Source: Gemmatimonadales bacterium (lineage in GTDB: Bacteria > Gemmatimonadota > Gemmatimonadetes > Gemmatimonadales > GWC2-71-9). From it: 64,000 nucleotides of DNA. Position 1 is the stretch's first letter, and every line of letters begins with the position of its first letter. A program made the translations under genes and the position numbers. Below the pieces are notes generated by a model. That model was not told where the DNA came from. It ran no database searches and worked only from the letters and a program-made list of their open reading frames with translations. The stretch is taken from positions 352,001 through 416,000 of the forward strand of contig OZ252244.1 of assembly GCA_965249575.1 (NCBI GenBank), read 5' to 3'. This document shows, piece by piece, positions 20,625 through 29,877 of the stretch.

Positions 20625-21383
20625 ATGAACGCGCTGGTAATGCTTCTTCCCGCCCTTTCGCTCGCTGCCTCTGCGGGCGTCGCCCAACAGGAAGCTCCCT
20701 CCACCTCACCCGTCGCTCGAATCGTCATCGCTCCCCATGTGAGCGCCGAGCTGCGCGCGTTGGCCGATACGATGGAGCTCGAGACGGTCAGATGTCTGAT
20801 CGGGGTGGTAGCCGGTGACAGCGCGGTTATCGACCTCGCGTGGCAGCCTCAAATCCAGGAGCACAGCGCGAATACCGTCCGGTATCGATCGTGTCCGCTG
20901 GCCACGATTGCCCACTGGCACAACCACCCGTGGTTCGGCGAGGGCCACCCCGAGGACGCGTGCTATCTCTCTCGAACCGACATCGAGGATGCTCTCGAAC
21001 CACACGCGCCCCCGCTCCAGTTCGTTCAGGTGAACGCGGGCGTCATGTGCTGGTGGACCAGGCTCGCGATCGCCCAAGCCGAAGATGAGCACGTACTGCT
21101 ACCGACATCCGGCCAGCATCGCCCGCGGTACCGCGCGACGAGGGCGGTGATCCGCCCGGCACCACTCTGTGACGAAACGGACGAACCCTACTGGTTCGGC
21201 AACTGGCCCCGCGGGGAGCTGAGCCGGTCCGAGCGACGGGCGCCGCGCTCCCGGTACCGGAACTCCGACACCCGTGGGTGGGACCGGGGTACGGCGTGGC
21301 TCGAGTCGACACGCCGGCGACACCGCTCCCACGGCGGAGACCCGTCGTGTCGACGCTGGGAGAACCGATCCCGGACCCGGTGA
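20625..21383 (+). CDS. Secreted protein with a JAB/MPN-like motif; C-terminal end uncertain
   Basis: AAGGA RBS, signal peptide (VA-QQ), ETVRCLIG ... WHNHP ... LSRTD. Confidence 0.5.
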   Translation: MNALVMLLPALSLAASAGVAQQEAPSTSPVARIVIAPHVSAELRALADTMELETVRCLIGVVAGDSAVIDLAWQPQIQEHSANTVRYRSCPLATIAHWHNHPWFGEGHPEDACYLSRTDIEDALEPHAPPLQFVQVNAGVMCWWTRLAIAQAEDEHVLLPTSGQHRPRYRATRAVIRPAPLCDETDEPYWFGNWPRGELSRSERRAPRSRYRNSDTRGWDRGTAWLESTRRRHRSHGGDPSCRRWENRSRTR

Positions 21384-21645
21384 AGGCGGCCCGGTCTTCT
21401 TTCCCCGACAGAATGGCCACCCATGCCGACCGTAGGTAGTGGTATCTAGGCGGCCCGGCGCGCCTGACGCTTCTCGGTTCCCAGCAGCGTCAGCCCCACG
21501 AGAGCCGCGGCAATGAGGACTAACGTCAGGATCGGGATGCCAAACACCGAATCGGCTAGATGGCCGCGGAGACCCTACGCGAGTGTGGACGCTGACACTG
21601 TACCTCGCCCGCCGGAGCCGCCGGGCGATTTGGCTGGGAACCGAT

Positions 21646-22125
21646 TCAATCAGGGATCCGCGCCACCAGGGTGGCAACGTACTCGCCTGCCGGAATCCGC
21701 GTGGTCGTTTCCGGATACGGGGCTAGCTCGTCGAGGTGCAGCACCACCCGCCCGAGGTCAGCTAACTTCGGATCCAACCTCGTGTGCAAGCTCTCGAGCC
21801 GCGAGGATCCTTCAACAAAAGCCACCTCCAGCTGGATCTCGGCGTCCCCCTCCCACACACACAGGATCAGCGCGTGGCTGGGACACCGGGAGTCCCCGGT
21901 AACCTCGAGGAAGCGCACGTAGGCATTGGCTTCCGCCACGAACGCCCGATCGCCGACGCGGAGGTCGAACGGTTGATCGATGCCCGGCGACGCCGCCAGG
22001 CTGGGATCGGGATCGCCGCTCGGGCCGGAGACCGGAGAACAAGCCGTTGCGGCTAGGACAGATAACACCCATCTGACATGCAAATTGAGTCGACCTCGAG
22101 GGTTGTCCATATCGATACCTCCCAA
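21646..22125 (-). CDS. Conserved hypothetical lipoprotein
   Basis: Lipobox ATAC; DSRCP...CVWEGDA and LAPYP motifs of a widespread small lipoprotein family. Confidence 0.7.
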   Translation of the reverse strand: MGGIDMDNPRGRLNLHVRWVLSVLAATACSPVSGPSGDPDPSLAASPGIDQPFDLRVGDRAFVAEANAYVRFLEVTGDSRCPSHALILCVWEGDAEIQLEVAFVEGSSRLESLHTRLDPKLADLGRVVLHLDELAPYPETTTRIPAGEYVATLVARIPD

Positions 22126-22177
22126 CCCGGTCGCCCGTCACCGCCCGCTGGTCGCGCGCCGTCAATCTGTTGAAGTG

Positions 22178-22723
22178 CTAGGCCTTGGTTCGCCTCGATC
22201 GCGAGGGCGAGCGTGCCGGCTTCTTGGCGGATTTCTTGGCAGCCCCATCGTCTTCCACCCTCTCGTGCATCGTCACCAGGCTCGTGATGCGCAGCCTGCG
22301 AGGCCCCACAGGCAGCTGAACTTTGATTTCGTCTTTCGTCTTCTTGTCGAGCAGCGCCCGCCCGAGCGGCGACGCTACGGAAATCTGGCCGTTATCGACC
22401 TCCACGGCATCGGGGATGACCACTTCGAAGATCTCTTCGGCCTTGGTGTCGAGATCGACTACCGTGACGCGCGAGCCGAGTCCCACCCGGTCCTTCGGCA
22501 CCTTCGAGAGGTCGATCTCGGACAGCTGGAACAGTCGCGAGCGCAGGTGCTCCAAGCGGGCCCCGATGAATCCCTGCCGTTCGATGGCGGCCTGGTAGTC
22601 CGCGTTCTCCCGGAGGTCGCCGTGCGCGATCGCCTTCTCCAGGGTGTCCGGCAGGACGACGTGCAACTCGTGGTTGAGCGCCTCTACCTCGGCCATGAGC
22701 TTGCGGCGAATCTCTTCAATCAT
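22178..22723 (-). CDS. greA: Transcription elongation factor GreA
   Basis: HGDLRENADYQAA acidic finger and ISVASPLGRALL; basic C-terminal tail. Confidence 0.9.
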   Translation of the reverse strand: MIEEIRRKLMAEVEALNHELHVVLPDTLEKAIAHGDLRENADYQAAIERQGFIGARLEHLRSRLFQLSEIDLSKVPKDRVGLGSRVTVVDLDTKAEEIFEVVIPDAVEVDNGQISVASPLGRALLDKKTKDEIKVQLPVGPRRLRITSLVTMHERVEDDGAAKKSAKKPARSPSRSRRTKA

Positions 22724-22809
22724 GTGGGGATAGTAGCGGCGATGAGCGCTCCCCACCACCCGTGAGCCCGGTGCGGGCTCGTACGCCTTTGGTGAGGCCA
22801 AGTCGGCGG

Positions 22810-23667
22810 TCATCCCGTCAACACCGTTATCACCCAGGCGCCGCGCGACACCCCGTTGCGGATCGCCGCGGCTACGGCGATTCCTGCCGCACCTCCGGCC
22901 GCGGGCACCGGTGAAAATGCATAGCGAAAGATGCTCTGCAGAACGTCCGGAATTTGGGCGTAGTTGACGACGACCAGCACCAACCCGGCGAAGATGTACA
23001 ATGCCGACATCACGGGCACCATGCGCTCAGAGAAGCGCCCGATACGTCTCACACCACCCAGCGCCACGGCGGCCGTGACGAGCGCCATGGCCGAGGTGAC
23101 GAGGTACGGGCTCGTGCCATAGCTCGAAAGAAACGCCCGGCCCACGGTATGTGACTGGAGCAGCGACGACCCGAGAAGGCTGTTGATCAGCATCCCCGCG
23201 CTAAAGAGGTACGCGAGGAAGGTCCAGCCGAGGCCCTTCTCGATATAGTGCATCGGCCCGCCGTGAATGCGGCCTCCCGGCTCCACTTCCCGATAGTGCA
23301 CGGCGATCGTGATCTCGGCGGTCTTGGTCATCATCCCGAGGAAGGCCAGGACCCACATCCAGAAGATCGCCCCTGGCCCTCCAAACGAGAGCGCGGTCGC
23401 CACGCCAGCCATGTTGCCCATTCCCACAGTCCCGGCCAACGCCGTGGAGGTAGCCTGGAAGGGGGTCATCGATTGAGCGCCCCCGCCCTTCGGTTTCTCG
23501 AACATGCGACCGAGCGTCTGCCTGACGATGTATGGGAAGCGCACGACCTGGAACAACCGACCGCGGACCGTGAAGTAGACGGCAACCGAGGCGATGAAGA
23601 TCACCGTCCACGGGCCCCACAGCACGTCCTTGAACCCCGTGAGGGCGTCGAGGATACTGTCGATCAC
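22810..23667 (-). pseudogene. Truncated alanine/glycine:cation symporter (AGCS family)
   Basis: TALAGTVGMGNMAGVATA, GGPGAIFWMW and GGPMHYI motifs, but the ORF stops just after GVSRG, where the family continues (..FSNEAG..) for roughly 150-200 more residues. Confidence 0.75.
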
Positions 23668-23740
23668 GGCGGGCAGCTCAGGAGAGCGAACCGTCGATGT
23701 GGTGGGAATGGAAGCGGGGCCATCCGACCGCGAACGTCAG

Positions 23741-24754
23741 TCAACGCTCCGCGTCGAGCAGCGCGACCAGTTCGTCATTACCCTCGGTGTCGAGGAACGT
23801 GTCCCACTCCAGGAAGTACCCGCCGGGATCGTATCCCACGAACGTTCGCACTCGTCCGCTCTGGTCGCCCAGTTCCTGCGTCCGGAACTCGAAGTCGGGC
23901 CGCCCGGTCATGCGCTCGAACCACGCCTCGATGTCGTCCGTGAGGAAGGAAACCGTCACTCCCTTCTCCTGCGTAGCCTGGTGGAATCCGCGCGCCCCGT
24001 CCACTAATCCGACGAAACCGGTCCGGGACGTCGGATACACCTTGGCCCAGCCCTGGTCAACGAGCAGTGGCACCCCCAGCGCCTGCTCGTAAAACCGTTC
24101 GATCGGCTCCAGGGCGTCGTAGTAGAGCCAGAGTACGGTCGCCGAAATGGTCAGCCGCCCTTCGCCAACGGTGGGTGTCAGCGGCTCGACCTCCCGCAGC
24201 ATGGGGATCAGACGCTCGTTCTCCGGGTGTGGGTTGAAACGCTCGAACTCGAGGAAGTATCCCTCCGGGTCATAGGCAACGAGCCCGTTGTGGGGGCTGC
24301 CTCGCTCGACGTCGAGCTCGCCGTGCAACGGCACGCCCGCTGCGGACAGGTACTCGTACCAGCCTTCCACCTGCTCCGTCACGATCGCAAGAGTCACCGA
24401 CTTCGGCTCGTCCGAGGAGTGCATTCCGGAGTCGGCGTCGACGAGGGTCAGATAAGATGACGGGGCGACCTGCAAGATCTTGGCGAATCCGAAATCCGAG
24501 ACCGTGCGCAAGCCAAGGGTCGTTCCGTAGAAGGCCTCCGCCGCCGGCACGTCTTCGTAGTAGTAAAACGCGTTGTTGGCCAGGATGGTCGGGCCGCCCT
24601 CGCGGCTCATGGCACCCTCGTCCTCATCCACGTTCGCGCCGCTGCACCCGGACACCAGCACCAGAGCTGCTAGTGGAATGGAAAGCGCATTCGACCGCTG
24701 CGTTTCGAATGAACGTGGATGCTCGACCTTAGTTCGAACATTGGTCATCATCAT
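23741..24754 (-). CDS. Tandem VOC/glyoxalase-domain lipoprotein
   Basis: Lipobox VSGC; two repeated units (FYGTTLGL / FYEQALGV; YDPEGYFLEF / YDPGGYFLEW). Confidence 0.8.
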   Translation of the reverse strand: MMMTNVRTKVEHPRSFETQRSNALSIPLAALVLVSGCSGANVDEDEGAMSREGGPTILANNAFYYYEDVPAAEAFYGTTLGLRTVSDFGFAKILQVAPSSYLTLVDADSGMHSSDEPKSVTLAIVTEQVEGWYEYLSAAGVPLHGELDVERGSPHNGLVAYDPEGYFLEFERFNPHPENERLIPMLREVEPLTPTVGEGRLTISATVLWLYYDALEPIERFYEQALGVPLLVDQGWAKVYPTSRTGFVGLVDGARGFHQATQEKGVTVSFLTDDIEAWFERMTGRPDFEFRTQELGDQSGRVRTFVGYDPGGYFLEWDTFLDTEGNDELVALLDAER

Positions 24755-24907
24755 GCCTCCACGCGCCGTTTGGGATTGTTGGCGATAGCGACCTAGACAT
24801 ACCGATCAAGCGAAGGTGAGCTTCGCTCTCCGTTCGTGCAAGGCTCGCTCGGTTACGATGCCCGCCTTCGGCGGATAACATGTCTGGATACTCCGGGAGA
24901 GGCTCCG

Positions 24908-26089
24908 ATGAATCTCGAGAAACACTACCCGTGCGTCGCGGACCTGGAGGCGAGGGCACGGCGCCGCATCCCCCGGTTCATGCGCGATTACCTGACGAAC
25001 GGACTCGGGGCGGGCGTTTCCCTGCGCAGAAACCGGGATGCTCTGGACCGCATCGTGCTGATGCCGCGCTACCTGTCGGACGCCGGCAACCCCGACATGA
25101 GCTGCCGGCTGCTGGGCCGGGAGCACGACGCGCCATTCGGCGTGGCACCCCTCGGCCTGTCGGGCCTCGTCTGGCCGAAATCAGAGGTCATTCTGGCCGC
25201 GGCGGCACGGGCGCACAACGTACCGTACGTGCTGAGTAGCCACGCCAACGCCACTCCCGAACGCATCCGGGCGGCCGGCGGCGACAACGGTTGGTTTCAG
25301 CTCTATGCACCGAAGGATCCAGCGATCGTGAAATCGATGCTCGACCGATGCCAGGCTGCGGGATACGAAACCCTGGTCGTGACCGTGGACGTACCAGTCG
25401 AGCCACGCCGAGAGCACGACCTACGGAACGGGCTCTCCGTACCCCCCAGATTCGATCTGAAAACGGTGTGGCAGATGGTCACGCACCCACCGTGGGCCCT
25501 CCGCATGCTCCTCGCAGGCGTGCCGCAGTTCGTCACGCTCGAGCCCTACGCGCGGTCCGGCAAGTCCTTCGGCGTCTTGCGATCAATCAAGGACTCGGTC
25601 GAGTTCAATGCTCAACACTTGGGCGGGCCCATTACCGCAGAGCGTTTCGAGAAGATCCGCGCGGCCTGGAGTGGCCAGGTCGTGGTCAAAGGGATCCTGG
25701 ACCCGGAGGACGCCCAGGGATACCTGGCCTTGGGGGCCGATGGGCTCATCGTCTCCAATCACGGCGGCCGGCAACTCGATGCGGCTCCGTCGGCGGTCAC
25801 CGCCCTGCCCCGCATCCGAAAGGCGGTCGGGCCGGACGTCACGCTCATTGCGGATGGAGGCGTGCGTTCGGGCCTCGATATCGCCCGAATGCTTTCGATC
25901 GGCGCCGACTTCGTTCTGCTCGGGCGGGCTTTCCTTTATGCCGTAGCCGCGCTCGACCGCCGCGGGGCCGATCACGTGATGAACGTTCTCAAGACCGAGC
26001 TGCACACGGCCATGGGACAGCTCGGGTGCCGAACGGTGAAAGAACTGCCCGGGGTTCTGTTCTCGACGAGCAACGGTCGCGCCGATTGA
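24908..26089 (+). CDS. FMN-dependent alpha-hydroxy acid dehydrogenase (L-lactate dehydrogenase/mandelate dehydrogenase-like)
   Basis: WFQLY, VTVD, VKGIL, SNHGGRQLD, DGGVRSG, LLGRAF motifs. Confidence 0.92.
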   Translation: MNLEKHYPCVADLEARARRRIPRFMRDYLTNGLGAGVSLRRNRDALDRIVLMPRYLSDAGNPDMSCRLLGREHDAPFGVAPLGLSGLVWPKSEVILAAAARAHNVPYVLSSHANATPERIRAAGGDNGWFQLYAPKDPAIVKSMLDRCQAAGYETLVVTVDVPVEPRREHDLRNGLSVPPRFDLKTVWQMVTHPPWALRMLLAGVPQFVTLEPYARSGKSFGVLRSIKDSVEFNAQHLGGPITAERFEKIRAAWSGQVVVKGILDPEDAQGYLALGADGLIVSNHGGRQLDAAPSAVTALPRIRKAVGPDVTLIADGGVRSGLDIARMLSIGADFVLLGRAFLYAVAALDRRGADHVMNVLKTELHTAMGQLGCRTVKELPGVLFSTSNGRAD

Positions 26090-26144
26090 GACCCGATCGG
26101 TCGCGCCCCCTCCGACGGAGCCTTCCCGAGCGAATCCCTTGCTC

Positions 26145-28070
26145 CTACCGAGCGCCTTCCGAGAGAGCATACGCAACCAGCGTCGCGTCCTCCCCGAGCC
26201 CAGTCGAAATGACCACGAACTGCTTGCCGTTCGCCGCCAGGTAGGTCATCGGTGTTCCGGTCGTCGGGCGCGGTAATGGACCCCGCCACACCTCGGCTCC
26301 CGTCGACTTGTCGAAGGCGTGAAGCGCATTGTCTCCGCCGCCGACGAATACCAGCCCCCCCTTCGTCACGATGGAGCCGGGAGGTCCCGGCGCCCCGAGC
26401 TGCTCCGGGAGATCGACGCCTCGAAGCGCGGGGTGGCGGCGCAGCTCCGGCCAATCGCCGAGGACCACTCGCCAGGCCATCTCGCCCCGATTCAAGTCCA
26501 GTGCGGTCAGGTGACCGTATGGCGGCTTGATCAAGGGAAGGCCGTCGTTGAAGGACGGAACCGTTCGTGACGATACCCAATCGGCATCTGTCGGGTGTTG
26601 TATCGGGAGCCGGCTCTGTGACGGCACTTCGCCGGCGGGACCCGGCCGCTGCAGCTTGGCAATATGCAACAGATCGGACGACTTCACGTAAAGGAAACCG
26701 GTCTCCGGATCGAACGCGGCTCCCCCCCAATTCGCGCCGCCGTACGATCCCGGGAGTTGCAGCGTGCCGGACTGCGAGGGAGGCGTGTAGATCGGTCCGA
26801 TGATGTATTTCTCGAGCTCTGCGCGAGCCGCCCGTTCGAGCTCCGCCGTGAAATCGAGCGCGTCCTCCAGCGACACGCCCTGCCGAGCAAACGCGGGAGG
26901 CCGCGACGGAAACGGTTGTGTCGGCCACGCCTGTTCCCCAGGGACGTCGCTCGCCGCCACCGGCCGCTCCTCGATGGGCCATACTGGCTCTCCGGTCACC
27001 CGGTCGAACACGAATGCCCACCCCATCTTGGTCACCTGGACGGCCACGTCGATCGTCTTCCCGTTGACGTGGATCGTGGCCAAGACGGGCGCGGCCGGCA
27101 TGTCGTAATCCCAGAGTCCGTGATGAACGAGCTGGCGGTGCCATTTCCGTTCCCCCGTCGCTGCGTCGAGGCAGACGATCGATTCAGCGAACAGGTTGGC
27201 GCCCGGCCGCCCTCCCCCATACCAGTCGTTACTGGGTGTGCTCACCGGCAGATAGAGCAGCCCCCGCTCTTCGTCGAGACTCATCGGTGCCCACACGTTC
27301 GCGTGCCCGGTAAACTCCGCCGAGCCGTCGCCCCACGTTTCGGACCCCGGCTCCGCTGGGCGAGGAACGGTGTGAAACGACCAGACGAGCTTCCCGGTAT
27401 GTGCGTCGAACGCGCGCACGTCTCCCGGCGGATCGCCCTTGAACATGAGCCAGTCGGGAATGTGACTTCCCACCATGACGAGATTCTTGTAGACGACGGG
27501 GGGAGAGCGAGTCTCAAAGTGGAGCGTGTCGACCCGCCGGTCGAAGCCCTCGGTGAGATCGACGACGCCGTTGTCGCCGAAGCTCTTCACGAGTTGCCCG
27601 GTCTTCGCATCGAGCGAGAGGAGCTTGTACCGGGCGTTCATGAAGATCCGCCGGTCCTGTCCGTCACTCCACGCCGCAACCCCGCGGTGCACGAAGCCCA
27701 GCCCGGTGAACCCCTGTCCGATCTCGTGCGTCTTCGGATCATATTTCCAGATTTCCCTGCCGGTCTCGGCGTCTAGCGCGATCACCCGGCTATAGGCCGT
27801 GCTGAGATACAGGACGTTGTCGATCATGAGTGGGGTGGCCTCGAACTTTCCGGGCCGTATCCCGAACTCTTCGCTCGCGCGCTCACCGGTCTTCCATTCC
27901 CATGCAATTGAGAGCCGTGCGACATTGCCCCGATCGATCTGCTCAAGCGACGAATACTTGGTAGACGCCGCGTCGGCCGCGTAATAGGGCCACTCCTGAG
28001 CGGAGGCGGGGAGGCCGTAGGTCGAGGTGAAGAACCCAACAAACAAAAGGCAGGAGACGATCTTCATCAT
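26145..28070 (-). CDS. PQQ-dependent dehydrogenase, glucose/quinate family (secreted, no membrane anchor)
   Basis: Signal peptide ASA-Q; KYSSLEQI, FEATPL, VHRGVA, HHGLWDYD, GGANWGG, KPPYG motifs. Confidence 0.9.
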   Translation of the reverse strand: MMKIVSCLLFVGFFTSTYGLPASAQEWPYYAADAASTKYSSLEQIDRGNVARLSIAWEWKTGERASEEFGIRPGKFEATPLMIDNVLYLSTAYSRVIALDAETGREIWKYDPKTHEIGQGFTGLGFVHRGVAAWSDGQDRRIFMNARYKLLSLDAKTGQLVKSFGDNGVVDLTEGFDRRVDTLHFETRSPPVVYKNLVMVGSHIPDWLMFKGDPPGDVRAFDAHTGKLVWSFHTVPRPAEPGSETWGDGSAEFTGHANVWAPMSLDEERGLLYLPVSTPSNDWYGGGRPGANLFAESIVCLDAATGERKWHRQLVHHGLWDYDMPAAPVLATIHVNGKTIDVAVQVTKMGWAFVFDRVTGEPVWPIEERPVAASDVPGEQAWPTQPFPSRPPAFARQGVSLEDALDFTAELERAARAELEKYIIGPIYTPPSQSGTLQLPGSYGGANWGGAAFDPETGFLYVKSSDLLHIAKLQRPGPAGEVPSQSRLPIQHPTDADWVSSRTVPSFNDGLPLIKPPYGHLTALDLNRGEMAWRVVLGDWPELRRHPALRGVDLPEQLGAPGPPGSIVTKGGLVFVGGGDNALHAFDKSTGAEVWRGPLPRPTTGTPMTYLAANGKQFVVISTGLGEDATLVAYALSEGAR

Positions 28071-28196
28071 GGTCCTCGCGAGGGTGTGCGCATCACGGTC
28101 CGTCGGATAACGGCGGGGTGGGAACAGAGTAAGCCTCGAGTCGGCGCCGGGCAATCGGCGGTGCCTTGCCACCACCGTCGCCGAACGACCGCCCTT

Positions 28197-28610
28197 CTAC
28201 ACACCGGCAACCGCTTCGATCTCCACCATCAGCTCTGGGAGGACCAAGCGGCTCACCCCAATGAGCGACTGCGGCGGCCGGGTACCGGCGTCCCCGATCC
28301 ACGCAGCGTAGATGTCGTAGTTCGCGAGAAAGCCATCGATATCGGTCGTGAAGAACCGCAGCGACAGCACGTTCTCCCGTCCCATACCGGCCTTGGCCAA
28401 AACGGCGTCGACGTTGGCTAACGCTGCCTCCATCTGGCCGCGGATTTCATTCGGGTGCAACACCGCGAACCCGATTTCGGAATCGGGAGCGGAGGCCACG
28501 GCAACCTGACCCGAGCAATGCAGGTAGCGCGTCAGACCCTCGATGATTTCCCCCTGATCCATGCTCCACTTGAGGCCCCAGTCCCACGGATTCACCGAGG
28601 TGCGTTTCAT
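28197..28610 (-). CDS. RidA/YjgF family protein
   Basis: HCSGQV, LANVDAVL, GVSRLVLPELMVEIEAVA. Confidence 0.88.
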   Translation of the reverse strand: MKRTSVNPWDWGLKWSMDQGEIIEGLTRYLHCSGQVAVASAPDSEIGFAVLHPNEIRGQMEAALANVDAVLAKAGMGRENVLSLRFFTTDIDGFLANYDIYAAWIGDAGTRPPQSLIGVSRLVLPELMVEIEAVAGV

Positions 28611-29134
28611 TGTGCCCCCCCCGACGGTATGCCCATCGCCTCCATCGCCAACACGTGCGTGTGCTTGCGGCCCCACTGGACCCGCAGTAACCCGATGACG
28701 CCAACGTGATAGGCCTCGTGCCACATACAAAACGAGAGCGCGTCGAGCAGCGTCTGATCACCGTGAGGGTTGGGCAACTTGGACGGGGCGAGTACCTGCT
28801 CCTCATCGAGGCTGGGCAGTGTTTCACAAAGCTTGGCGTGAATCTCGTTCCACTGGTCACGCAGATTAGCAATGCCGGGATAGTCCTTCCCGTCGCTCGC
28901 GGGCTTCTGAAAGGAAAACGTCTCGGCATAGGGATTCGCCTGCACTACGCCACACCCCTTGAGGGCAGCGCACCGATAATCGAGGAGGTGACCCATTATC
29001 CAGGAGATCGACGAGCCGGAGTCTCCCCGGGCTCGACGGACCGCGTCGGCGTTCTCGAGGTCGCCGAGCTGCAGACCTACGTTGAAGTGCGCGGTTTCGA
29101 AACCGGCGACGAGCGGACGGACGAGATTGGTCAT
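28607..29134 (-). CDS. DinB-family protein
   Basis: WIMGHL and WHEAYHVG metal-binding His motifs; 4-bp overlap with the RidA gene. Confidence 0.85.
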   Translation of the reverse strand: MTNLVRPLVAGFETAHFNVGLQLGDLENADAVRRARGDSGSSISWIMGHLLDYRCAALKGCGVVQANPYAETFSFQKPASDGKDYPGIANLRDQWNEIHAKLCETLPSLDEEQVLAPSKLPNPHGDQTLLDALSFCMWHEAYHVGVIGLLRVQWGRKHTHVLAMEAMGIPSGGAQ

Positions 29135-29353
29135 TGCACGACTCACTTTCGAGGTTGGCAGCGTCGGATCGTGTTCCGGATCGGAGGAGATACCGACGCC
29201 CGAGCAGAATGTTGACGGTATTGCCCGCGTCGTATCGGGGTCAATCCTATCGGAGGGATCGAGTCTCGGGCGCGGGCGAACTCCGTACTCTTGGTCGACT
29301 TGAGCGGCGGGAACCGAACCTCCGGGACCTTCTTCGAGCTCCGCCCTGATTCA

Positions 29354-29809
29354 TCACCACGACGCGGTAGGGACGCCCTGCGGCACAGGCTGCGAGCGCA
29401 GGTACGTGACGATCTTCCAGATCGCGACTTTCGGTAGGATCCCACCATAGGCGGGCATCCCCCTGGGTCGGCCGAAGTGGATCGACTGAAACACGGCACC
29501 GTCGGCGCCGCCGTAGTGCCAGCGACCGTCGACCAGACTTGGCCCCAGGAAGCCTATCGCCCCACCCCCGTGACAGTCGGCGCAGTTCATCGCGGCGAAC
29601 AGCCGCTCACCATCGGCTGCCGACCCGCTGTCGTCTTTGAACGGGTTCTCCAGGGTTCCCGCCGGTGGCGCAGCGCCCCCCGCGACCACGTGCTCCTCGT
29701 AACTCGTCGAGGGCGGCGGGGACCCCGCCGACGCGCCGTCGTCAGATCGGCCGCAGGCCGCGACCCCCACCACGAGCGGGACCGGCATCGCCGCGGCCAG
29801 GCGCCGCAT
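29354..29809 (-). CDS. Lipoprotein cytochrome c (XoxG/cytochrome c550-like)
   Basis: Lipobox VAAC, CADCHG heme motif, GPSL...GMPAYG; directly downstream of the PQQ alcohol dehydrogenase. Confidence 0.88.
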   Translation of the reverse strand: MRRLAAAMPVPLVVGVAACGRSDDGASAGSPPPSTSYEEHVVAGGAAPPAGTLENPFKDDSGSAADGERLFAAMNCADCHGGGAIGFLGPSLVDGRWHYGGADGAVFQSIHFGRPRGMPAYGGILPKVAIWKIVTYLRSQPVPQGVPTASW

Positions 29810-29877
29810 CCATCTCCCGCGGCGTTCCCCCCACGGTCCGTCGTGCGCGGGCGTGCGGGACCGGTGGCCCCTCGCCA

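Noticed and set aside
21043..21420. Minus-strand 125-aa ORF overlapping the JAB-like gene tail
   Set aside because: Low-complexity Gly/Ser/Arg composition with no motif.
27095..27125. WDYD motif in the glucose-type PQQ dehydrogenase as a lanthanide signature
   Set aside because: W-D-x-D is general in the glucose/quinate PQQ family and the Cys-Cys motif is absent, so it is not diagnostic.
29197..29272. 8-bp inverted repeat (cgcccgag/ctcgggcg) upstream of the DinB gene
   Set aside because: Short and GC-rich; could easily occur by chance.
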